This document shows, in pieces, positions 53,837-64,000 of a stretch of DNA of 64,000 nt. The notes under the pieces were generated by a model. It worked only from the letters and a program-made list of their open reading frames with translations, did not search any database and was not told the DNA's origin. The stretch is from contig CAJNYD010000407.1 of NCBI GenBank assembly GCA_905331295.1, positions 310,001 through 374,000 on the forward strand, read 5' to 3'. Both the position numbers and the translations under genes were made by a program. The DNA comes from Rotaria socialis. Its lineage: Eukaryota. Position 1 is the stretch's first letter. Every line of letters starts with the position of its first letter.

Positions 53837-55949
53837 ATGGCTAGTGCACAAATAAAAACGGATGGCACACATGAACTTGTAATCGAAGAAGAGGCTGGTA
53901 TAATTCAACGTAATATCCAACAAAATTCACCATCAACAAATGAAAAACGCAAGCAATACGAAGATAATCTAGTGGAGTCACCTAGAAAATGTATTCATAA
54001 TTCTGATGGAAATCGTTGTTTAATTAAAGAAAACAAGCAGTCTTCATTATCCGTACCATTTTGGAAGACTTTAAATCGTCAGCAATCATCATTTCAGTTT
54101 CAATCCAATCAAATTGGTTATTTTTCATTACTTAATCGAAAAGATGACAAAGAATGTTTTGAAGATAAACGTTATCTTCGTGGTAATATAAAAATTATCA
54201 TTATCTAGTCATTTTAATAATAGCAAATTTACAACTCAATTGTTCATGACTTTTGAGATATTCTAAGAGAGAGAAATCAACATTGAAATATGAAGTTTTC
54301 CATTGATTAAATGTTCAACTGGAAATCACACTAGTACTCGTACTACCTAAAGAACGATCTTTTTCGTTATTTTTTTTCTGTTCTTACGGTTGAATACTAT
54401 GTCAGTTCATCAGTCTAGTATTGAGATGAATCTAAGATTAGCTGATCTATTATTCCGTTCAATAATTGGTTCCACATGTATTAAATATTAAAAATCATCA
54501 TTCCACTCGGAAGTAGAAATTCGTTGATCAGACAACTGTGTCCGTAACCGAGTAGATTAATTCACAAGATTCGGAATTTTAACTTGTTAGAATTTTGTTG
54601 ACTGTTCTACTAGAAACGAACTTGATCTCAAGAGGTATCTAATTTTCACATATGATATATCTATAAAATATTTTAGTTTACAAATATTCACTTCAAACAC
54701 TCAATGTTAATTTTGATTTGAAAGTTGGCGAATCAGATTTTAATTCTGAAGGGCAAAGCAAAAATATTGATGCAATGCTCTGGTGGACATCACGGCATAA
54801 ACAAGATATATTCAGAGATGATAAGTAAATATATTTGTTTTCTCAAATTCTCACTCTTTTGTGTGAAGAGGAATAGTTATATTATTCTTTTATCTTAGAT
54901 TTACATTTGATTTCCTTTCGTGGCGTGGTGTTCTTCGTCTTATTATGTTTTCAATTTTTGAAAAACATTCCGATTGGTTACTGGCTGTAATAAAATTTAA
55001 GAATGCTTTTTTTCTCTGCGAATATGTAACAGATATGCAAGTAAAAGATGAACAAAATATGACTCCTGAACATCGTTCATTTTGTTATTATGGTCATAAA
55101 TTCGAAGAATATGTTACTAAAAGTAAATATATGTTATTTGCATGTAATTCTCATCTTTTCTTTTCAGAACCTTTAGATAACACATCAACTGAACCTATCA
55201 CTCCTTCAACACAATTTGCTGGAGTATTTCAAGGAAATATTGGCTCGTACCGTTTATTGTATGGTGCTGAAATGGATTGTATCGTAGAACAATCATTATC
55301 AATGACTGAAAATATTGAACTTAAAATTTCCGCTGGGAAATCACTAAACGATCTACCATTTCAACAGTAAATACAACAATTTCGCGAATTAATTGAATGA
55401 ATGAATAATTAATTATTTGTTTTAGCAATCGTAAATTTGCTAAATGGTGGCTCCAATGTTTTCTTGTTGGTAATAAATATTCTTTTGTTTTGTTGTCAAA
55501 TGCAATCTAAGTATATATTAAAGGTATTAAAACAATGGTAATTGGTTTACGAGATAATAATGGTATTGTCAATAGTCTTGAACCACTAAGTATAGCAGAC
55601 ATTGAACGAGCAACAGTAATATTTCAATTTTAAGCTTAATTGATAAATAGAAACTATTTTGTCTTTATAGCATACATGGAATCGTTATTCATTTTTCAAC
55701 TTCTTTCTACTTTTTGCTCAATTTCTTAAAGAAAATGTTACAGATGAATACTCAATGAATCATAAGTAAATTAAATTATAAATGGATTATAAAAATTATA
55801 AATCATTTTTCTTTCTTTTTTCGCTCTTCTTATAAAGGGACGTTGTTCTATTTCGTTTCATACCATCTTCTCAAACAATAAGCATGACAAAGTCATCTGA
55901 TTCAAAATATCATTTTCTTCCTGATTGGTTTTACAATCAATTTATTTAA
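53837..55949 (+). CDS. DXO: Decapping exoribonuclease DXO/Dom3Z/Rai1, multi-exon
   Basis: Motifs FLSWRGVL, YGHKFEEY, YGAEMDC, IELK, KFAKWWLQCFLVG, GLRDNNG and the C-terminal FLPDWF. Stop at 55947-55949. Confidence 0.9.
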
Positions 55950-58599
55950 ATTAGCCCATTGTATACATTTACTACATAATATATAATAGAAATAGAAATG
56001 TTTCGATTTAACAGTTTTTCTTTTTGTCATATGGAAAATGACTTCGATCTTTACCAATGCCATCATGACTATCACATGGACAAAAATGTAATATTTTACG
56101 ACGTTCACTATGATGAATTAGTGAACGATGAACAATTTGGCGCTATGCAGATTCTTCTGCTTGTTTTTAACTACTTCTTTTTATACAACATGTTGCCACT
56201 GTCCGCGACACTTTGTCTTGGTATAAGCACAGTCTGATTATTCACAATAACATATCACGAGAAATTCAGTTGAAAATAAACTAACTTGATATAAAATTCA
56301 TCAACATAAAATCAACAATAATACAAAACGGAGAAAAATTTTCATCTCTTTCAATCTTGATTTTGCTATACCACTGAAAACTAAACTAAAATTTACGATG
56401 AGTAAACATTTTCAAGGCCATCTAGTTCTATATGAACTTTGAATAAATGTGATGTTACTCAAGTTCGATAATTGTTTGGAGACAGTAAATGAAATTGATT
56501 CAATTCTATAAAAAAAAAAACAGAAGATCGTTGTCAACATCAATTAATAAACTTTTCTTTTGCGCTGTTATGTTTGAAGACTGAATTTTAAATGAAAACA
56601 ACAGTAATATGCGTTTCGCAATTGATTGGCTTTTGGACTTCAGCTAGTGTTCTACATCGTTGAGACAAAAATGTAATCATTTTTTCGTGAATCAACAAAA
56701 GAAAATTCAATACACATGATTGTACAGTTGCATGGATTAAACCTGAAAGAAGAATCCGTTTATATTTCATTGCATAGACAAAGTAAGTACAACACGATCC
56801 TAAGTGATTTCGGCGGGAAAAAAAATGTTTATTGTAATTTTCTAACTGAATTATATAGCTTTTAATAGAGGTTCAATCTTTCGATATGAATTCTATAGAA
56901 ATCTAGAAAATTTCTGATAATGCGAAGTACCAATTTTATTAGTATGCTATATTAGCGGCATAACCAGAGGCGGCACATGAACAATTATCCATTTCATTTT
57001 GAGACTTGCCCATTGTAATTTTACTTTTACAGAATTGTTCATAGGTTCACGAAAAAATAATTGTATCCCGTTGTGCTTTTATGCTTGCACATCTTGCTTA
57101 TGTCTGATAATATTTAGTATGCATAGTCCATTTCAATATCTTTATTTCCGTTAACCCGATTAGTCTTTTTAGTCAATTTAGTCCCTTTATTAAAGGAACT
57201 AACGAGATTACTGAGGAGATCTAAAAGTAAAACATGATAAATTTTATTTTTCGTGGAATCCTCATCATCAGCCATCAACAAACTAAATTGAGTAATACTT
57301 AATCTCAAGAGTTTGAATTCATTGTGCCCTTACGTACTCATCAAGGCAAACGAAAAAATATAAAAAATAAGTAGTATACTTATCGAAATATACATACTGA
57401 GAAATAAGAGAAAAAAGTCAGTACGGAGAAAGATTGACGCGTTCTGTTTTTAATTCAATTCATTTCTTCGTTGCAACCAAAAGCGAGAGGTTTTAGGTAT
57501 GCGCTTGGATCGGAAAAAAGTACGAAAATTTTCCGACGAGAATACTGATTTCATATTCCAATAATTTCCCGCGTTTTTCTGTGAAAACCGACCCGTACTT
57601 CTCGATCCGTATAATGAAAACGCTGTTGGTATTACGGTAATTACGTTTTGAAAGGAAATACTTTTTGATTAACTACTTGAAAAATAAGAGTTGTAGGCGC
57701 AGTTTTATTGCCAAAACTTAGAAATTCACAATGAAGATAAAAAAAATACGTCTTTGATTAATTTATTTTGTCTACGAAACATGTCGACAAACGAACTTTC
57801 GATAAAAAGAGGCCGACGAAATAAATCTATCGAATTTTCTTGTCGACAACGTATCGGTAGACTAAATGTCTGTCGCCAAACTCTCATGTCGAAGAATGAT
57901 ATACAATTCATTAGAAGGATTTCATTTCATATTGTTGTGTTTGTTACGTTATCAATACTTTGTTGGACTAACAAAAATGTTTGGCCTATCAATAAGAATC
58001 TTGTTCATTTTGCCCTTTGGCCTAAAAATTCTAGTTACGCCACTGTGCTACATGAACTCCTTACAAAACAAGTATTTTAAAAATATTCATGTATTGTCTA
58101 TGTAAATTAGAAGAGATAATTAGTTTGACTTAATTTAGTTCAAGTGATCGTTTTATGGTTCAAAAACGAAACTAGGAATAGAAATAAGAAATCAAATAAA
58201 AATTTGTTAGATGTTTACGCAATCGATAGACATAAATAATCATGTCCTATTTTATCTATTATTCAAATGTAAATATTCGAAAAGTTCAAACTATTTTAAA
58301 TCATGTACAATGATGACAATAATCGCTATGAAACATGGCCAAGCAATTGTTTACGATTTAACATTTGCTTGATAATTTTAAACGTTTAAATAAAAACAAA
58401 AGAATCACTTTATTTCAAAATGAATATGGTTTACGCATAACTATCGGACGATATTCTTTTCTTCTTTCTCCTCTCTACTTTTCTAAACGAGGCAAATAAA
58501 TAACATTAAAAATAGATAAATCTTCGGATTATTCTTGTCCGTATACTCGTTACGCTTACGTTAACCTGTCAAATCGTATTATAATTCGTCGATGTTAAA

Positions 58600-60752
58600 A
58601 TGCCTCCAACGAAGGATATGGTTATTTTATCTAAGGTAGATTTGATATTAAGTACACAAATGAAGGCGGCCAATTGTAATGGAAAAGATGAAGAATTAAC
58701 TCCACAAAATATTCTTAATGAACTATCGGAAAAATGGAAAATACCTTTAGTGAGCGAGGCATTTGCTCGTAAACTCGATGAAAATGATACATTAAGTTAT
58801 ATACGAGATGAATTTCACTTTCCAAAACTTACCAGTCTACCTAAAGGTACATTTTAGTGTGATAAAGTATGCTTATTTTTAAAGATAAAACTCGTTTTTC
58901 TTTATATGTATCCAGTCGATAAATCATGTATAAATTCTGATAGTAGTTGCATCTATTTATGTGGCCATTCATTAGGTTTACAATCAACCCGAGTACGACA
59001 AGCAATTGATGTTTGGTTAAACGATTGGGCTGATCTGTAATATGTTCTATTGTTATAAATCTGAGTTTTTATTTTTTAATAAGATTTATTTAGAGGAGTA
59101 CATGGTCATATTCATGGTAGAAATCCATTTGCAGCATGTGATTATCCATGTATACCAACATTACAGAAACTTCTGGGTAAATTAGCACAATCTATTAAAT
59201 ATTATTTTGTTTTTCTAACGAATTTTCTAGGCGCTGAAGACAAAGAAGTAGGCGTGATGAATCAATTGACAAGTAATCTTCATTTTATGATGGTCAGGAA
59301 ATGTTAATAGCATGACAATAGAATATTTATATTTTCTTTTCTTTCATAGATTTCATTTTATCGACCAACAGCTGAACGTTTTAAAATTCTTTATGAAGAA
59401 CGATCATTTCCTAGTGATGAATATGCATTTCAATCACAAATACGATTTCATGGATATACACCAGAAGAAGCAGCAATCATAGTGAAACCGCGAGAAGTAA
59501 AATAAAATTTTGATTTGAAATTTGAAATTACTTTTCATAATCGAATAGAATGAAGATTGTATTAGAACAGAAGATATTCTTGAATTACTTAAACAGCATG
59601 GCCAATCTATTGCTCTTATTCTTCTCAGTGGTATACAATACTATACGGGGCAATTATTTGATATAGAAACAATAACTGAGGCTGCTCAACAACAAGTAAA
59701 ATTGATCACTTTTTATTTATTCTTAAATTTTAACATGATTGTTTTAATTCAGGGTTGTACTGTTGGTTGGGATCTAGCACATGCTATTGGAAATGTTCCA
59801 TTAAAATTGCATGATTGGAAAGTTGATTTTGCTGCTTTTTGTTCATATAAGTATTTAAATTCAGGCGCTGGTTGTATTGGTGGTATCTTTGTTCATTCTA
59901 ATCATTTTGACAAAGACTATCCCCGTTTCGATGGCTGGTGGGGTAATCGAGATGCAACACGATTTCAAATGACCAAAGGTAAAAATGATTAGTTTCATTT
60001 GAAATTATCAATCAGTACAAGTGTTTCTATTTTCTCTTTAACAAAAACAAAAAGAAATCGACCGAGGCGTGGGAGCAGATGGGTTTCGTATTAGTAATCC
60101 GTCTATTCATCAATGTGCAACGCTAGCGGCGAGTCTTCAAGTAAAAGAAAATGATTATTTTTCATCTGTTCAATTTAGTTATCTTTAAACTGAGGCACTA
60201 TTTTCGAGAGAAACCATATTGTGGAAATAACTGAATATAGTACTTGTAGTGTAATATATGTTATAGAAATTTAATTTTCTGTTTATTAATAGATTTTTGG
60301 CGAAGTTGGTATTGAACAATTGAGAAAAAAATCTAAAATACTGACTCAATACTTACAATGTTTGATTGAAAAGGAAATAAACCGTATATATCTATATAGT
60401 TTTGTTTTATTTTATATGTCTATTTTTAACTTTTATTTTCTTTCAGAAGCAACAAGTAAATTTCAAATAAATATTTTAACACCAAAAGATCCTAAACAAC
60501 GAGGTGCACAACTTTCATTGCGTATCGTAGGGGCTGATGCTCGACAAATATTTGATGAACTTGAACGACTCGGTGTTTGCGTAGGCTTTCTTTGTCGTTT
60601 TTTATTTGAAATTGTTCATTAACTTTGTCTTTATTTTATTTTAACAGCTAGACAGCCGAGGCGATATCATTCGTGTTGCACCAGTTCCTCTCTACAATTC
60701 ATTCATAGATGTCTATCGATTTATATCAGTTTTGAAATCAGTCAAGCTTTGA
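58600..60752 (+). CDS. KYNU: Kynureninase, multi-exon
   Basis: [53 protein letters not shown], the PLP-lysine motif CSYKYLN, FRISNP, RGAQLS and [12 protein letters not shown]. Stop at 60750-60752. Confidence 0.95.
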
Positions 60753-61899
60753 GCGAAGCAGTCGCTTAGTACATGTCAACTCAAATAAAGAAGGCTTCTG
60801 TGCTTCCATCATTATTTTGTCTAATTTAATAAAAAAAATACTGATAAGCGTACAGAAAACAATATTTTTATATCTATGGTAATTATGATAAGGTTCAAAT
60901 ACGAATCATGCCGTGTAGAAAGTGTTATTAATTATTAGAATTCACATTATTTTGGCATTAACTCACATTCAGTCAGAAGTTTTTATCTAATAATTCGTAA
61001 TACGACAAGAATTTTAGCGAAAACAAAAAAGCTTCTTTTGTTTATTTGACTATTCTTTTAGAAAATAAATGATTTCATATAGTTTTCCACGTTTGTTTAG
61101 AAGTTAGTGATGTGCAGCAGTTTTGACAATAAATTATTACACTCTGATACAATTGATGGTAATCTAACATGATATAATAGATGTACATGTGTTGTGAGTA
61201 GGGAAAAGCTCTTCTATCATAGTGAATTAATAAAATCTCCAGATACATGTGGTTCATATTATCAAGACGATTTCGTCAGAAAAATAAAATAAATATTTGT
61301 ATTCTTGAATTTGAACGAAAGGCTTGTGTTCGTTAGTATGACAATTCTCAAAAATAAAATCACGTGTATCATAAATGTATGTTGCTTATCATTCGGTTAA
61401 TATGAAGAATTACATATAATATTTAAATTTTAAACTCATTATTCTGTATTGAGTTTCACAACATTATTTATATCTGTTATGGATTCTACTGAAGACTGAT
61501 TCAAAAGAAAAAAATTAATTATTTAGTTCCTTACTCAAATTGAATAGTCGCAAGAAGAAAACTCTGCCTTTCCTCTAGAAAGTGCACGGGAAATTATGAG
61601 AAATCGTATTATGTGTAAATATCATGGTTCAAATCATCTGGTATTGTTTGCTTCTATTTTTAATAAAGCTCTTTACTTCTTTTTTTGTCCTTTAATTGCA
61701 TTGATGTGTATTCTTATAGATTGTATCATTGATCTGATGCCTCTATCATTATTACAGGTATTATTTCCATTCCTTAGTTTTTGAAGTAAGTAACAGTTGA
61801 TTTTTTCATATTTGTTTATTAATTCATGATTTTATCTGCGTGCGTAAGTTGAAGAATTCTATCCCTATATTTAGCTTTCAGTTTTTTTTTCTATTAAGA

Positions 61900-63009
61900 C
61901 AGTGTTTTATCTAGGTTTCATTTTTTGGGTGGGCGATTGAAATTTTTGGAGGGGCTACTGGCTAGAAAATTTCTTACCATATAGTAACGGATGGCCCATA
62001 GAGAATGGCGGTCTCATTATTTACTCAATATATTTTTTGCTTTTCATTGATTTGAGCTAACCCTTTTCCCAAAAGATTAAACATTCAATTCTCTACAAAC
62101 TCATGTGTAAAAGATTTTTTTAAATCAAAAAACTGCGAACTACTAAAACGAAGAAAAAAGGTCCAAAAATCTTCAACTTTCAAGCACAGAATCCGTTTTT
62201 TTTTTGAAAATTTGCTTTCCATGTGAGGATCTACAAAAAACTGAGTCTACCATGTTAAAGAGTATCAGATTCTGGACAAGATTCATGCCTTCAAAATTTG
62301 TGTTCATCACAAAATGAGTAAAATATTCTGCATCAATTTTTTCGTTTTTCCTAAAAAACCCAACTGTTATTGCATGTTTTTGATGCTTTGCACAAAAACA
62401 CTTGCCATTCACTAAAAACGCGTTACTTTTTGACGATTTTTTTTCTTTGAAAGCCAACATACTCGACTCTACCCCTGTACACTTGTTCGAATGATGTAAA
62501 GTTTCGTTTGCAGTAGACTTTCTTGAAAACCGAAATTAAGGTGTTATGGACTAGTTTTCGGAAAATATCGATTTAATAGGCGAAGACCACTTTTAAAGAA
62601 ATGTTTTTCAAAGATATCGAAAAGAGCGTACTTGAAAATACCAGAAAATGTTTCTTCCGTAATTTAAACCTGCGTGCAAACTGTCGAAACATACTCCAAA
62701 TGGTAATGTATTTAGAGCTTGAAAGTTGAAGATTTTTGAACCTTTTTTCTTCGTTTTAGTACTTAGCCAGTTTTTAGTTTAAAAAATCTTTTACACACGA
62801 GTTTGTAGAGAATTGAAATCTTAATCTTTTGGGAAACGGCTCAGTTCAAATCAATGAAGAGCAAAAAGAGATATTGACTAAATAATGACACTGCCATTCT
62901 TTATGGGCCACACGTCACTTTTATGAAATCAGCTGTATATTTTAGGATGGGCGAATCAAAATTTTGGGTGGGTCCCGCTCACCCTGCCCATACAGTAGAT
63001 AAATCACTG
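61900..63009. mobile_element. hAT-like MITE (outer element of a nested pair)
   Basis: TIRs cagtgttttatcta and tagataaatcactg (13 of 14 match). 8-bp target duplication tattaaga / tattaagg. Confidence 0.85.
61980..62924. mobile_element. Foldback element with about 200-bp TIRs nested in the hAT-like MITE
   Basis: 61980-62185 is the imperfect reverse complement of 62717-62924, for example aaaaatcttcaactttcaagc / gcttgaaagttgaagattttt and tggcccata / tatgggcca. Confidence 0.85.
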
Positions 63010-64000
63010 TATTAAGGTACATAACATTGGTAGACAATGTAGGAGAAGGAGTTTGTCTTTACTATTATTATTGTCTAGAAACATGAATGAAAACATTCCC
63101 ACTTTGAATCTGAGAACTCTCGTGTAAATTTTTCATTATATCACTCAGAGTTTTTTTGAACATGGACTTTAACTTATTCCTTCTAGTATTATTATGATGT
63201 ATCGATAGTTCAATTTATTTCATCATACATTATTATTGATTAAACATAGTAGCCACTATTGGGCCGGCTAGTTTCCGATTTATATACAGTAGTAATAGTT
63301 TGCGTAAATCAATAGAAAACATATTTGTATCAACATTTTACAAACGCATACATCTAGTTGCATATGAAAATTTATTTGATGATGTTCGAGAATTTCTATC
63401 GATACAGTGGTTCGTTTCATTTAAATGCCATTTATTTCTCTTTTACAGTACATATCCATCTCGTATTTTCAAATATAGGAGATAGTAAGCTATTCGGAGT
63501 TCATCATATTGAGTTAAATCAATTAGTTTCCTTTAATACTATGAATCATTATAATTTTAACATCGCGCTTTGACTATTTTTTTCGTGTTTTCCTGTAATA
63601 CGTACTTTCAAGTTAGATTCGATTTAGTTCGATGCTTTAAATCCAACTTCTGCAATTATGACATGATCGTAGGTCTATGAGTGTCACAGTTAACAATTCA
63701 ATATTATAGCAATATGGAACTATTTAGTAAATCATTCAAAGTCATTGTTAAATCTCTTCATCATATTCCATTTGTTTGACTTACATGAATCTTATTTTAA
63801 ATACATTTTTTAATAATCTATTAGCCCTTACATATATATAGAGAGAAAGACATAGTATTGAAGTAATAACAATCATAGCAGCTGTTTAACAGTACTTCTA
63901 ATCATATATAATTCACTCTCTTGAGTGGTTGGTGATAAGAAAATAACGATATGTTTATCTTTGCTCTTACTACTATTCATATAGAAAAAAATAGTAAAAT

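Noticed and set aside
57770..57900. Periodic gtcgac-like motifs suggesting a CRISPR-like array
   Set aside because: The context is eukaryotic, the units are short and degenerate, and there are no spacers or cas genes. It is more likely a transposon subterminal remnant.
53837..60752. DXO (can remove NAD caps) next to kynureninase (NAD synthesis) as a functional cluster
   Set aside because: Both are ordinary conserved genes about 2.6 kb apart with no shared regulatory signal visible, so adjacency alone is not evidence.

Overview
AT-rich eukaryotic genomic DNA with many short (about 55-70 nt) GT-AG introns. The style suggests a bdelloid rotifer, but that is an inference from intron size, composition and gene/repeat content, not a database match. 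Hand-spliced genes, in order: a small 3-exon gene with two DxNGDG loops; BNIP3/NIX (minus strand), head-to-head with a 24.6-kb CFAP47; two intronless secreted Cys-rich peptide genes (knottin-like and antistasin-like) nested in one CFAP47 intron; a tightly packed trio of AK5-family paralogs (docking-domain-only microprotein, pseudo-adenylate kinase, intact two-domain AK5 with a probable internal AK1-like start); an intronless DxD glycosyltransferase-like gene (horizontal transfer candidate); NPRL3; DXO/Rai1; and kynureninase. Non-autonomous mobile elements include a Helentron/DINE-1-like element, several hAT-like MITEs, a foldback element nested in a MITE, and a solo LTR nested in a TIR element. 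The most interesting candidate system is the co-oriented CFAP47 plus AK5-trio block, which has RFX X-box-like motifs, very short intergenic gaps and acceptor-like sites before the start codons. All family assignments come from motif recognition by eye; no searches were run.
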